64,000 nucleotides of DNA from the IMG/VR virus record IMGVR_UViG_3300005670_000019; one strand, given 5' to 3'. The stretch's first letter is position 1; each line of letters begins with the position of its first letter. The notes beneath the pieces are model-generated. The model was not told the origin of the DNA. It worked only from the letters and a program-made list of their open reading frames with translations, and did no database searches. Source of the stretch: a virus (taxonomy: Duplodnaviria; Caudoviricetes). Positions 34,901 to 44,676 of this stretch are shown here, piece by piece. The position numbers and the translations under genes are program-made.

Positions 34901-35175
34901 TCTTGTCTTGAAGCATTAGCAAGATTTCCATCATGGTTTCCGAGAAGTGTATATGTCGGCGCAATCGAAACCATTTCTCTTATCATCCAAGCAAGTTTGT
35001 CAATTACTTCTGGACTGATATTTTGTGTCTTGGTGTGGAAAGTATCACCAGTGTTTATGATGATATCAGGTTCAAGAGCACGCATGAGTTCAAAAGTTTT
35101 TTCAAAAACTTCCGTATATTCTGCGTGTCGTTGAAAACCTCTCCAATGAATGTCTGAAACGTGGCAAATTCTCAT
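31951..35175 (-). CDS. fused SbcD(Mre11)-SbcC(Rad50) nuclease-ATPase
   Basis: SDIH, GD, GNHD and GDIH phosphoesterase motifs; GPNRAGKSS Walker A; coiled coil with Cys hook; ASGAE; IIDEGFGSLD. Confidence 0.93.
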   Translation of the reverse strand: MRICHVSDIHWRGFQRHAEYTEVFEKTFELMRALEPDIIINTGDTFHTKTQNISPEVIDKLAWMIREMVSIAPTYTLLGNHDGNLANASRQDVISPIHKAMNLENHFLLKDSVQFQAKGFPFEFYAFSPFDKEGWSKLKPDPNKTNIALFHGSIAGSKTDGNFYFQHGEKTMAEFSGFDYLLLGDIHLSQFLGWRENKNKKSLPWAAYAGSLIQQNFGENEEKGFLVWDIEDKDDWSVQFCPVENPTPYITVDWNGSVEETIHTLKKKHPNLGPGSRMRIRHQSKISSLETQVLSNELKQSYKPLQISFQQLNVEKDLSAISTNNVQIQKSSLRNNPKVIHELFKEFILSNKDKYQLTQEQLEEGSIKVIQKYLAKLYASEPEATRDVSWSLKKLEFDNLFRYGKDNVLDFTKLSGLVGVFGPNRAGKSSIVGSLMYGLYNGSDRGPIKNAKILNRSENEGGAKVTIDINGVEYVIERKTERMVPKRKQDEDLTDKDREKSNTSLELYKMVLTEDGTVKPLSLTSINREDTDKEIRRLIGTAEDFLLTAFSSQGKINTFIEEGPTQRKKILSRFLDLDIFDKLHGYAKDDLTVLMDRCKNQDITKSKLEQVEKSEASFTEEMATLITQIETLAKLQEETEKELSEINTLELPDLGLHQQKIDKLENFKKEKLTIENELVSLADAHEAISADISAYEIQVKLFDFGELNEKFDIIKEKEKVLLDRVNEQKIKQASLENKEKSVKKLETVPCGDQFPSCRFIKDSHEDAKSIQIDRDKFNSLLEEVSDLQLFLKKNSRTEVEKEISKFEKITKTLESNRQKRLNLEQKNENALLRLSSLDEKIKSLELEVQKEKTTIETFDVDKISSLKSLSLQHKNKMANLLSKKEEMLVQRGGLQAQKQMLSEQVQSINDTINELKLQKALTDALSKTGVPSLILKTQLPAINNELQKLLMSIQEFNVSLDLDLSSNSMDVFIEDASGKREIELASGAEKMITSLALRVALLNLSSLPKPDILIIDEGFGSLDDDNLQKCMEFLDVLKAYFKSVIIITHVSPLKEVTDQLVEIVRDGHKSKVQN

Positions 35176-35186
35176 TATTATTTCCT

Positions 35187-36167
35187 CTAGACAATACTGC
35201 TTATTTTGTCTTTGAGAGTTTCTATCCTAGAATACAGTTTAGCAGAAGCGATCAAATCATTAAACCTACCCAACGGAAGTTCTCCAATATCTTCATATTG
35301 TTCTGGTATTTTCAATATCTTTACTTTTATGTTGTATTGAGATAATAGCTTTGCTATTTTTAGTTCTTTTGTTTTTGCATCAAGGTCTAGCGACAAAATG
35401 ACTTCTGTTTTATTTTCACAAATCCTCTGGAATAGAAGATAGTTCTCATTTAGTTCACTTCCAAGAAGACAGGTTGCATTTGGAATTACTTTCAACAAAT
35501 CAAATGGACCCTCAACAAGAACAAGTGGCTTATTCCAATTTATGTTCATCTCATTGAAAATGATTGACTTACGGTCTACTTCGGGATTTTTGTATTTGAC
35601 TCCTCTACCTTTATCCAGAATTTTTCTTGCTGTATAGTAATTCAAATCACCCTCAGAGTCAAATGAAGGAATGATGACCCTGTTCTTGAAATCTGGATGA
35701 TCAGAAACCATTATCTTCCAATAATAGAGCTCTCTTTCTGTCAATCCTCTTCTCTTGAGAAGATAATCAGTGTGATATCGATATTCTTTTTGGTGAATGG
35801 CTAGGAGTTTGCTATTTGGAGGAAGAGTTATTGGTTGGTCTACTTCATCCAATATTTCCTGTGACGACAGAAGAGTGTTTGCGGTCAGCGTGGACTGCCC
35901 AAAAGTGAGAAGGAACTCTTCTTTTGAGTTAGAAAAATACTTTGACAAAACAGGAAAAATGTTTGGAGACTTCAAACCACAAACCCAACAATGACATTTG
36001 AAATCATCTGTCTTGATTACGAGTTTCTTTTTTGAATATCCAAAAGGTTTCCTAGATTTACAACGAGGACAAAGAACTGAAATGTTCAGTCCAGAATTAG
36101 AAATTATGCCTTGTCCAAAGGTTCGTTCAATAAAATCAATTGCTTGACCTTGTGTAAAAACTGGCAT
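35187..36167 (-). CDS. DNA primase
   Basis: CPRC..CHCWVC zinc finger; RVIIP; VEGPFD and LDLD Toprim motifs. Confidence 0.88.
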   Translation of the reverse strand: MPVFTQGQAIDFIERTFGQGIISNSGLNISVLCPRCKSRKPFGYSKKKLVIKTDDFKCHCWVCGLKSPNIFPVLSKYFSNSKEEFLLTFGQSTLTANTLLSSQEILDEVDQPITLPPNSKLLAIHQKEYRYHTDYLLKRRGLTERELYYWKIMVSDHPDFKNRVIIPSFDSEGDLNYYTARKILDKGRGVKYKNPEVDRKSIIFNEMNINWNKPLVLVEGPFDLLKVIPNATCLLGSELNENYLLFQRICENKTEVILSLDLDAKTKELKIAKLLSQYNIKVKILKIPEQYEDIGELPLGRFNDLIASAKLYSRIETLKDKISSIV

Positions 36168-36198
36168 ACTACCAAATTTACACGAGAACGATTATCAT

Positions 36199-36930
36199 TC
36201 AATTGGAAGGTGTGGTTAGTTGTCCGCCGCGACAAATTACCCACGCGTCACAGCGATCGTAGTTTTCTTTATCAAAAACTACTTTTCCTTTATGTTTTCC
36301 ATTTTTTGCTGTGTGTGTAAGCCAGGGAAAATTAGGGTATGCTGCTCTAACAGCATCAAAGACCTGTTCCTTAGTCGATCGTGTCTTATCGCTTCGATTA
36401 ACTTTGATCCCTGCTGCCTTGCGCGCAGAATTAACGTTGATATCGTGAATGGTTGTTCCAGAAAATACTCTTCTTGCAATATATGAGACAATGCCATTGA
36501 ACTTGGCAAGCGTAAATAAGGTATCAGCAGAAGAAAATCCAGGAGAAAAACCTTTAGCACTTGCCTCAACAAAAACTCTCTTTACTTGATATTTTTTCTC
36601 AAGCTCCAACAGTCTTTTTTCAATTTCGTCTGCCTTCAACCAAAGACTATCTTGTTTGGCAGAAAACTTGACATGTTCCATGAACTCAAACTGTCCTTCC
36701 TTTGTCAAACCAACAATACCAACAACCGCAGTAGAAATATCTAAACCTATTTCGATTTCTTTTTTGAGGCTGGTTTCGTTGATGCTAGTTTCGTTGACAC
36801 AGTCTTCTTGCGTTTTCTCTTTGTCTTCAACTCTTTCACTTCGTTGAGTTTTTCTTTGTAGACTTTGAGTAATGGAAAAATCATGTCCTCTGTCCAGAAC
36901 TGATATTTTGCTTTGTTTTGACTTGCCCAT
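36199..36930 (-). CDS. RuvC-like Holliday junction resolvase (start uncertain)
   Basis: GLDISTAVVG, VFVE, KEQV and DRCDA motifs. Confidence 0.75.
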   Translation of the reverse strand: MGKSKQSKISVLDRGHDFSITQSLQRKTQRSERVEDKEKTQEDCVNETSINETSLKKEIEIGLDISTAVVGIVGLTKEGQFEFMEHVKFSAKQDSLWLKADEIEKRLLELEKKYQVKRVFVEASAKGFSPGFSSADTLFTLAKFNGIVSYIARRVFSGTTIHDINVNSARKAAGIKVNRSDKTRSTKEQVFDAVRAAYPNFPWLTHTAKNGKHKGKVVFDKENYDRCDAWVICRGGQLTTPSN

Positions 36931-37232
36931 ACTTCTCCGGCTGCTTTCTTTCTCAAAACGGTTATTTGTTGAACTTTGGCTTTTGGTTTTACTTCAACCA
37001 TCAAGCAAGAACCGTCTTTGTACCAGACTACGAAATCTGGAATGTAAAATCTAACTCGTTGAGTTCTGTTGCTGTATCTGTAAGCAAGCTTCAAAGTTTC
37101 ATATTCATATTTTTGAACTTGTGGATCATCATCTAAGTGAAGACAAACAGCCTTTTCCCACAATGATCTGTATTTGATTTTAGAACTGCATTTTGGTGAA
37201 ATGTGTTCGCCTGAATGATATCTCTTTGACAT
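36747..37232 (-). CDS. TnsA-like / head-completion PD-(D/E)xK endonuclease
   Basis: YRSLWE...YIPDF...VEVKP. Confidence 0.8.
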   Translation of the reverse strand: MSKRYHSGEHISPKCSSKIKYRSLWEKAVCLHLDDDPQVQKYEYETLKLAYRYSNRTQRVRFYIPDFVVWYKDGSCLMVEVKPKAKVQQITVLRKKAAGEVWASQNKAKYQFWTEDMIFPLLKVYKEKLNEVKELKTKRKRKKTVSTKLASTKPASKKKSK

Positions 37233-37264
37233 TACATATTTAAGTATGTGAGGTAACAAATCAT

Positions 37265-37900
37265 TTGAAAAAGGCTCTGTTCCGCTTATTTTTCCTTATG
37301 ATACTGACCGGCAGTTGCATGGTCAGAACCAGAGAGCCTCACACTGAATACCTTCTAAATGCACAAAGACAGCCCCTTTGGTGGTCAAATCTTCCAATCA
37401 ATGTCTACTTTGATCTTCACACAATGACGGAAGACCAAGTTGTTTTGTCACAAACAGCATTTCATCTTTGGAATGGTGCAATTGGTCATAAAGTCTTTGA
37501 AGTCTTCCCTCAAACAATGGAAGCAGATCCAACTTTGATGACTTCATTGGATAATTCTATTTTTGTTACAGTTGACCATCTTAGAAGAGTTGGAGGAATT
37601 CAAAGACTAGGTCTTTGCCAATATGACTTCACAGAAGATCGTTTTGGTCAAGAAAACGGAATTCGTTCCGTGACAATTCTTCTTCATGACGAACTAGAAT
37701 GGCATGAAACCATGTTTATCATGCTTCATGAAGCTGGTCATGCTCTAGGACTGAGACATGATTTGAATCAAAGGTCAATCATGTACAAGGCTCCGATGGG
37801 AAGTAACATGGAGTTTGAAGAAAAAGACCTTGAGTTTATCAGAACGCAGATCACAGTGTTAGAACTAAGGCAACGTGGCTTTCGTGAAGCCTATCAATAG
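37265..37900 (+). CDS. matrixin-like zinc metallopeptidase, probably exported
   Basis: HEAGHALGLRH plus SIM Met-turn; hydrophobic N-terminus ending in Cys. Confidence 0.85.
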   Translation: MKKALFRLFFLMILTGSCMVRTREPHTEYLLNAQRQPLWWSNLPINVYFDLHTMTEDQVVLSQTAFHLWNGAIGHKVFEVFPQTMEADPTLMTSLDNSIFVTVDHLRRVGGIQRLGLCQYDFTEDRFGQENGIRSVTILLHDELEWHETMFIMLHEAGHALGLRHDLNQRSIMYKAPMGSNMEFEEKDLEFIRTQITVLELRQRGFREAYQ

Positions 37901-38559
37901 CTATACATCTTTTCAAAATATAGACTTCCAAAAGCACTAATCGTATTTTCCACTTCTTTTGCAGGTTCATTGATACTAGACACAAAAGAATTGTGTTTCT
38001 TCATCAAATTCTCAACTGGAACGGGGATTTGGATTTTGTACTTATAATTTAGTGGGTTATTTTTGCGATTGCTTTTGTTTCCTTTGCGGGGAAGAGTTTC
38101 TCTATAGTCTTCTGGTAAGAACTCACGATCCCAGTCATTTCTTTTTGTGAAGATGTAGGTCCAAATCTTTTTTGCAGCGTTTGTGATTCCAACAGTATCT
38201 CGAACAATCCATCCTCCCAAAGAGGAAAGAAGATCATACATAAAAGGACCATATGAATGTTCGGCAGCTACAGTATCGACTTCATATGCGTCGATTGGGC
38301 TTTCATAGTTGGCAGTAAAAACTCCAAAAACAACGCCTCGGCGTATATCTTGTATAGCCTTTCTTCGGCTTTCATGGTCTGTAAAAACAGGATATGTGTC
38401 AAACACTTTCTTTACTTGTTCCGGGGAATATAAAACAGCTTTCATTCTTGTTGAACCTTTGTAAACAAACAAAGCCAGATTTTGCTGCTCTATTTCTTGA
38501 ACTGACTTTGCTACTTCTTCAAGATCACCTTCAAAAATAAGTTGTTTGATTCCAATCAT
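37894..38559 (-). CDS. hypothetical protein
   Basis: 221-aa ORF. Confidence 0.65.
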   Translation of the reverse strand: MIGIKQLIFEGDLEEVAKSVQEIEQQNLALFVYKGSTRMKAVLYSPEQVKKVFDTYPVFTDHESRRKAIQDIRRGVVFGVFTANYESPIDAYEVDTVAAEHSYGPFMYDLLSSLGGWIVRDTVGITNAAKKIWTYIFTKRNDWDREFLPEDYRETLPRKGNKSNRKNNPLNYKYKIQIPVPVENLMKKHNSFVSSINEPAKEVENTISAFGSLYFEKMYSY

Positions 38560-40907
38560 TAGAAATCCATTCCAATCTTGAACATGATTTTATCTCCAGT
38601 CTTTTTCACAATTGGTTGAGCCATTTGTGTTTTCATGATGATGTTCATGTTGTCATCATGAATATAGACGTTTGTAACATACACAAATTTTTGATCAATC
38701 TCGTTTACATTTGAAGAAGCTGACAGAGACATGTATGATGGATTACTTGAAGAGGTGTACATCAATGGATAAGCTTGCAAAGAATATTTTGCGACATGAA
38801 TATCGTTACTTCCCTGAAACCCTATCTCAAACTGTTGCTCGCCAAGAAAATACAATTGGGGAGCTTTGATAAGCACAATTCCTTCATTGTAGAAAATGTT
38901 TCCAACTGATGCCCATGAAGCATGATGACTTTCCGTATCAGCTCTATACAAATTTCCAAATCCATCATCTTTGATTAGAACAGACATACCAGCCGAAGAA
39001 CTTAGCGATGTGTCTTTCAATAAGAAAGTTCCTGGTTTGATTTGTTGACCATAAAACATGTTTGAGATATCAAACAAAACAACTTGATTTGAAGAGGTAT
39101 CTCTTGTTCTGTGAAGGATGGCATAGCTGTTTGGATTTGCTCCCGCAATATTCTCTGGAGAGGCTCCTATCATTTCATCAACGATTGAACTAGAAAGTGC
39201 GATTAATCCTTGAGAAGTGTAAAATTCTCCGATTTGGTTATTCAATGAAATCCAACCGGGATTATAAACACCAAGGTCATTCAACGAAGAAGATGGCGAC
39301 AAGGAATTGATCAAATCAAAATTTGGAACGAACTTACCATTGTCACATGGGTAAGCAAGGTATTGACGATATCTGTTTGAGCCCGTCGTATACAAGAATG
39401 CATTTGCTGTAAGTTCAGTTGTTGTCGTTGTGGAAATAATACTTGCAGACAATGCCCACAATCTTGGATAGTAACCTCTTACAAACTCTCTTGTAAAATT
39501 CTCAAGGTTCATGTATTGACCACCAACCGAATATGCGATAAATGGATTAAATGGAGTTGTGGTTGTTCCATCTCTTTCTTGAAATGGCGTTGTAAGAACT
39601 CCACCAAAGCCATTCAACGATTGTCTTGTTGGTGCTTCTCTCGTAAAAAAAGGAGGAACATAAAACTTCAAACTTCCAGAAGTTGTCGAAGCTCCACCTG
39701 AAACATACATAGAAATTTCATGATCCAACAAATATTTGTCAAATAGTTTCAAATCATGTATTTCAGCACTTAGTGGATTTGAAAATGCAAATACTGTAGG
39801 AGCAAACACTCCATCAGTTGTATCAAGTTCCAACAAACCTTCTCTTGTTGCTGTATCAGCAGCAAAAAATCTACTCAGAGCACTTGTTCCAGTGTTTGGA
39901 CCGTTGTAATAATTTCCTATACACAATACAGAGGGTTCTCCATATCGATAGGAGCCCATATCAACACTTCCGGTACTTCCAATGGAGGAAGTTGGCAAGA
40001 CAAATGTTCCAGCCTCCAGACCGTTTACAACAAATGAACCAGAGCCAAGATTGTATCTATCTCCCCATCTAACAGTAACATGGTTCCACTTATTTCTTTC
40101 AAGAACGTTATCATCTGAAAAAATTGTATAAGTCCCAGCGGTAGCTAGTGAAGGAGAAACGTTAGCACTGGAAGAAAGTTGTAACAGTAATCTGTATTTG
40201 TCTGGATATCCGTTTATGTCTCTATGGGAGCCTGTGATCAAAGATAGAGCATATGCGCCCGTAAGATGCATAATTGTTCCGGCTCTATATTCATTGCCAG
40301 GATTGTCTGTTGTTTGCACCGGCTTGATCCAGAAATCAAATGAGAATGCTCCTGTTACACCATAAACTGATGCACTTGGATCATTTCCAACTGAGGCAGT
40401 TGGATTTGGGTATAGAAGTACAGCGTTACTTGGAAACATTGAACTTGTTCTAAAGTTCAAGCAATGATAGTTTGAAAATCCATAATGTGCTGTTGGATAG
40501 TTTGCACGATAAAATGGCATCAACACCTTTGAAGTTACAACTTTAGACTGATAAAGTTTGTTCAAAGTAAAAGGAGGGTTATATCGATAGATTTGAAGTT
40601 GTTGTCCAAGTCTAGCGGAAGTAGTTTGAGAATTAACTTCACCAAGATAAGTTTGAAGTTCACTTTGAATATTAGAAGAACCAGTATTTCTAGTTATTTC
40701 CAACCGTAGTGTTTCCAAATTCTTATCATTGAAGATTGAACCTGTGAACATCGAAAGAGGAAAGACTTCTTTTTCAGAAGCCGATCGTCTTGAAAACAAA
40801 TTGACAGCACCCGAAACTCCAAGCGATGATGAAATAAAGCTTCGAGAAGGATGCGTTTCAATTGTAAAGACTTCAAAATTATCAGGTGTTATTTTGTGCA
40901 AAGACAT
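38559..40907 (-). CDS. virion structural protein with LamG/ConA-like domain
   Basis: FSFDFWIKP...WNHVTV; C-terminus similar to that of 40926-42095. Confidence 0.7.
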   Translation of the reverse strand: MSLHKITPDNFEVFTIETHPSRSFISSSLGVSGAVNLFSRRSASEKEVFPLSMFTGSIFNDKNLETLRLEITRNTGSSNIQSELQTYLGEVNSQTTSARLGQQLQIYRYNPPFTLNKLYQSKVVTSKVLMPFYRANYPTAHYGFSNYHCLNFRTSSMFPSNAVLLYPNPTASVGNDPSASVYGVTGAFSFDFWIKPVQTTDNPGNEYRAGTIMHLTGAYALSLITGSHRDINGYPDKYRLLLQLSSSANVSPSLATAGTYTIFSDDNVLERNKWNHVTVRWGDRYNLGSGSFVVNGLEAGTFVLPTSSIGSTGSVDMGSYRYGEPSVLCIGNYYNGPNTGTSALSRFFAADTATREGLLELDTTDGVFAPTVFAFSNPLSAEIHDLKLFDKYLLDHEISMYVSGGASTTSGSLKFYVPPFFTREAPTRQSLNGFGGVLTTPFQERDGTTTTPFNPFIAYSVGGQYMNLENFTREFVRGYYPRLWALSASIISTTTTTELTANAFLYTTGSNRYRQYLAYPCDNGKFVPNFDLINSLSPSSSLNDLGVYNPGWISLNNQIGEFYTSQGLIALSSSIVDEMIGASPENIAGANPNSYAILHRTRDTSSNQVVLFDISNMFYGQQIKPGTFLLKDTSLSSSAGMSVLIKDDGFGNLYRADTESHHASWASVGNIFYNEGIVLIKAPQLYFLGEQQFEIGFQGSNDIHVAKYSLQAYPLMYTSSSNPSYMSLSASSNVNEIDQKFVYVTNVYIHDDNMNIIMKTQMAQPIVKKTGDKIMFKIGMDF

Positions 40908-40925
40908 AACCCAACTCCCTCGATT

Positions 40926-42095
40926 TCAATAATCGAGGCGAAGTTTTAGAGTTACATCACGCTCATTGTCTTTCAAGATTGGTCGAGAGGTTTTGCCAAC
41001 AGCAAGCAAGTTGTTGTTTGCATCATAAAGACCAACAGTTGTGAAAAACACAAATGATTGTTGAGTTTCTTCTTGACCTTCGTCGATTACAACAATTCGA
41101 TTATTTTCATCCGTATATGTTGGGTTTGATGAATAGTTGAACTCATCGGCACCGAGGCGAACAAAGACATTTGTTGTGTTGATTTCAGTAACATTCTGGA
41201 ATGTCATTGCTGTTTGTGCAGTGGATCCAGAAGCAAATCTTGTAAATGCAAAGTGGTCGACAATATCATCGATACTTGCAGAAGCCAAGAAGTAGATCAT
41301 TGATGAAGAGAAGTTTGGAACAACGCCAGCAACATTCACTGCATCAATTGAACCAGAGATACTTTGCTGCATATCAAATGAACGAGAGACGTCAAATACG
41401 GCAATGCCTTGATCCAAGAAAAGAAGTCCAACCATCTGTGATGTGTCAGCAGAATCAACGATTGTTGAGACTTGCCCACCAAACTCATATTCTTTGTTCT
41501 GGCTCGAACCAATATCACTGTAAATCTTCGTCGGACTTCCTCCAGAAACAGGAGAAAGCATATTTGCTCCGGCAAGTTTTGAAGCTGTTGGAAACACTCG
41601 CATTGCAAACGTTTCTCTTTTCATTCCATCACGAGCAAAAAGTCGTTTGAAACAAACAAACATTGCTTCATGAATTTCAAAAGTTGAAGAACCGGATCTC
41701 ATTGTGAAGATTTGATCTTCACTTCCGAGAAGTTTTTGAGCAAACGTTCGATAGAGATCAAGTTTTTCTCTCATCATCAAAGATGATTGAGGAAAAAGAT
41801 ACTTTCCATTCGAATCGATTGAAGCATTTGTAATGCTCATGATTTGACTTCCTGTAGATACTCCAACTGTCAAATCTAAAATTGGGTTTGCTGTTTGAAG
41901 AGTAAAGTCTTGGTCAAAGACCGTTTGCCACAAAGAAGATGTTACTCCGGGACCAACACCTCCAGTAACAAAAACTTGATACTTCTTTCTAGTTGTGCTC
42001 TCAGAGATATCTTGATCAACAACATCAACAAGTTGGTTCAAAAATGAACGAGAACGTTTGATATCCTCATTTGATAATGATTTGAAAATAGCCAT
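40926..42095 (-). CDS. virion structural (tail/baseplate) protein
   Basis: EFNYSSNPTY...TVGLYD..NNLLAVGK C-terminus; structural gene context. Confidence 0.7.
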   Translation of the reverse strand: MAIFKSLSNEDIKRSRSFLNQLVDVVDQDISESTTRKKYQVFVTGGVGPGVTSSLWQTVFDQDFTLQTANPILDLTVGVSTGSQIMSITNASIDSNGKYLFPQSSLMMREKLDLYRTFAQKLLGSEDQIFTMRSGSSTFEIHEAMFVCFKRLFARDGMKRETFAMRVFPTASKLAGANMLSPVSGGSPTKIYSDIGSSQNKEYEFGGQVSTIVDSADTSQMVGLLFLDQGIAVFDVSRSFDMQQSISGSIDAVNVAGVVPNFSSSMIYFLASASIDDIVDHFAFTRFASGSTAQTAMTFQNVTEINTTNVFVRLGADEFNYSSNPTYTDENNRIVVIDEGQEETQQSFVFFTTVGLYDANNNLLAVGKTSRPILKDNERDVTLKLRLDY

Positions 42096-42108
42096 TCTTT
42101 ATTTACCT

Positions 42109-42822
42109 TCAGGAAGATTTACTGATTTGAACCTCAAACTCTTTTACAGCACCAGATTGGATTCCAGAAACTTTTACGAAAGTTGAAATTAGATTTTTAT
42201 TGTAAGAAGCTCCGAAGATTGTGAATTGTGATTCAGAGATTGCTTTTGTAGAAACCGTGAAAGAAACTCTTGAGCCACCCAAAGATGTTTCTCCAGCGTC
42301 ACGTGGAATGATATACTTTGCTCTTTGTTGTGAGTCAACATCGTCCGCTGCTCTTCCAGAGATTTGCAAGAAACGATTATCAAGTTCAATGACAAATGAC
42401 TGATCTCGAAGTTCAATGTCGATCGAACTTTCATTCGTAATCGTTTGACTTAGGCTAATGTTTCTACTTCTAACCGTGGTGTTTCCAATGGATAAAACTG
42501 TAGAGGTGCTATCAACACCTTCTCCCGTAAGAGCCAAACTTGGAAGACGTAGTAGATTTGGGTTTGAAACAGAGACACATCGATACTTCTGTGCAAGAGA
42601 TTGATTTGTTAGAGCTTCAAAAACCGGAGTATTTTTTTCGATTTTTTCTTTACCAACAGTTCTTCCATATTTCTGAATGATTGAATAGTCGACCTCTTCA
42701 TCACTGATTGCAAACTTGACGATTGAAAAAGAATTGTCGCTACGAGCGATCAGTTCTCTTCCTTTATTAGTTAGAACTGCATCAAGAATGATGTTATTTG
42801 TGTCGTTTTGAAGTATTCCCAC
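42109..42822 (-). CDS. virion structural protein
   Basis: ILDAVLTNKGRELIA...FA..DEEVDY; N-terminus similar to 51185-52156. Confidence 0.7.
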   Translation of the reverse strand: MGILQNDTNNIILDAVLTNKGRELIARSDNSFSIVKFAISDEEVDYSIIQKYGRTVGKEKIEKNTPVFEALTNQSLAQKYRCVSVSNPNLLRLPSLALTGEGVDSTSTVLSIGNTTVRSRNISLSQTITNESSIDIELRDQSFVIELDNRFLQISGRAADDVDSQQRAKYIIPRDAGETSLGGSRVSFTVSTKAISESQFTIFGASYNKNLISTFVKVSGIQSGAVKEFEVQISKSS

Positions 42823-42861
42823 TATGAACTCCGATTATTTGTCATCTACTAAATAGTTCAT

Positions 42862-44676
42862 TTATGAACTTCTACGGTCTTCAACTTTCATTTCGATTGT
42901 TTGTTCTTGTTGAAGATCGATGTTTATCATTTGAAGTTTGTATCTTGTGTTTGGACCTGTCTTGATAAGACGCAAATCATTTCCGTTTGCATCATAAACT
43001 TTCAGATACTCTGGATCGAATACAATGTCAATTTTTGAATGACCCTCGTCTTTGATTGTATCAACAAAAGTATCTTGTAATAAGAACATATTTGGATATG
43101 GTTTTGGAGCACCTTCAGGAGAAATCATTCTCCTTACCAACTTGTTCTTCACAACATCAAATGAAACCTCAAACTGAACCGAATATGGAGAACTAAACTG
43201 ATGAGCATCTATCGCACAAAGAGCATAGATGAATTTGCTTCGTCTGGTAAACTCTGGATCAACAAAGTATCCAAGTGGATTTTTCATTTTTTCTACAAGT
43301 TGTGGATCAGGAGTTTCAAATCTGAACGGGCTTGGAACAAGGCTGTCATCAAAGTCGTACATCTTGATCAATTCAAATGGTTCATTGATTGTTCTTCGTC
43401 TAAAGACTTGGAAATATTTGATGTCTCTTTGAGTGTTTACAGGGAAAGACCAGTTCAAATACAATCTTTCATTTCCGTAATCCCAGTTCAATTCAAAATC
43501 AACAGGAGCAGGTGGTCCGACCTTTTCTTCTGTCGTTACAACCTTCCAAGAAGAGTAAAGAGAACCTAACAAGAAATCAATAGCAACCACTTCATTACTG
43601 TCTGTATCTTGTGCTCGAAGACGAACATAAACTATTGTTCTAATTCGATATCTGTAAGAAGTTCCATATTTGATTTGACGATCAATCGTAGAAGATGCAA
43701 AAGGATTTTCAACAACGATTGAGTTTTTTCTCACAGGACCATTCGAAGTAAGTTCTTCTTTTTCAATGACATAACCGATTGGCTGAACAATTGTTTTGAA
43801 ATCTGTTTCATCAATTGGTAAAACACTCAAATACTCAAGAACCTCAAAATCATAATTTTGAGCATTCATCAAGTTGCTTGGATTTGCTAGAATTGCTGCT
43901 TTCTGGTCTGTTTCTGCCAATCTTTGAGCTGACAGTAGATCATCAGTTAGAAAGCGTAATGTATTTTGAGTATTTCCTTTGAGAACATCAGCTAGAACAT
44001 TTCTTGAAATTTGAGTTTTTACACTAACATCCTTGATTGAATTGAGTATTGAATTCAAAAAAACTTGTTTGTTGTCATTATTCACAAACAAATATTGACT
44101 ATCAATTTCTTGTAAGTTTGCAAGTGTTGTAGCAAGAAAGTTTGCAGAAATTTCTTCATCAGTTCTTTCATTTAGAAACTTGGCAACATCTAAAGGAGAT
44201 TTTTCTGGCTTGAAAGGATTCGGCTTTGTTGCTGTTCCTGGCACTGTATTTTGTTGCCTTTGAACATCCTCCAAGAGACGTTTCACGTAAAACTTAGCTC
44301 TTTCATCATAGAAACTATCTTGGACTTTCACGGTACTGAATTCATCATTTGAAAATTGATCTTCGCCTTGGATTTTATCAAGGTTGTTTCTGATGCTTGC
44401 ATCAACTGATTGAACATTGCTTGTGTATTTGACGACTGGCGTCCATGAAAATCTTGTAAAGCGAGGAGTAAATCTACGGAAATTGATTGAATCAATCTGA
44501 TCGGAAGAAAACTGTTCTGGATTGAGGCGTTCGATTGCCAAATCTCCAGGAATATCTCCACTGTCATTCAATCTTTCATCCGTGGTAAAAAAGATGTAAT
44601 TGAAGTCTGCCTCAAAATTTTTAACTTCAGGAGTATCAACAACAGCAAATTTTTTGGAAGGTAATGAAATAGCCAT
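42862..44676 (-). CDS. putative structural protein (Fn3-like beta domains)
   Basis: 604 aa; YRYRI and LNWSFP beta-sandwich patterns. Confidence 0.6.
   Translation of the reverse strand: MAISLPSKKFAVVDTPEVKNFEADFNYIFFTTDERLNDSGDIPGDLAIERLNPEQFSSDQIDSINFRRFTPRFTRFSWTPVVKYTSNVQSVDASIRNNLDKIQGEDQFSNDEFSTVKVQDSFYDERAKFYVKRLLEDVQRQQNTVPGTATKPNPFKPEKSPLDVAKFLNERTDEEISANFLATTLANLQEIDSQYLFVNNDNKQVFLNSILNSIKDVSVKTQISRNVLADVLKGNTQNTLRFLTDDLLSAQRLAETDQKAAILANPSNLMNAQNYDFEVLEYLSVLPIDETDFKTIVQPIGYVIEKEELTSNGPVRKNSIVVENPFASSTIDRQIKYGTSYRYRIRTIVYVRLRAQDTDSNEVVAIDFLLGSLYSSWKVVTTEEKVGPPAPVDFELNWDYGNERLYLNWSFPVNTQRDIKYFQVFRRRTINEPFELIKMYDFDDSLVPSPFRFETPDPQLVEKMKNPLGYFVDPEFTRRSKFIYALCAIDAHQFSSPYSVQFEVSFDVVKNKLVRRMISPEGAPKPYPNMFLLQDTFVDTIKDEGHSKIDIVFDPEYLKVYDANGNDLRLIKTGPNTRYKLQMINIDLQQEQTIEMKVEDRRSS

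Noticed and set aside
36747-36930. 184-nt overlap between the TnsA-like and RuvC-like ORFs as dual coding
   Set aside because: The overlap is low-complexity in both frames and the true RuvC start is uncertain.
36199-37232. TnsA-like and RuvC-like genes as a transposon or Cas12/TnpB system
   Set aside because: No transposase, terminal repeats or guide array; the context is a core phage replication/packaging module.
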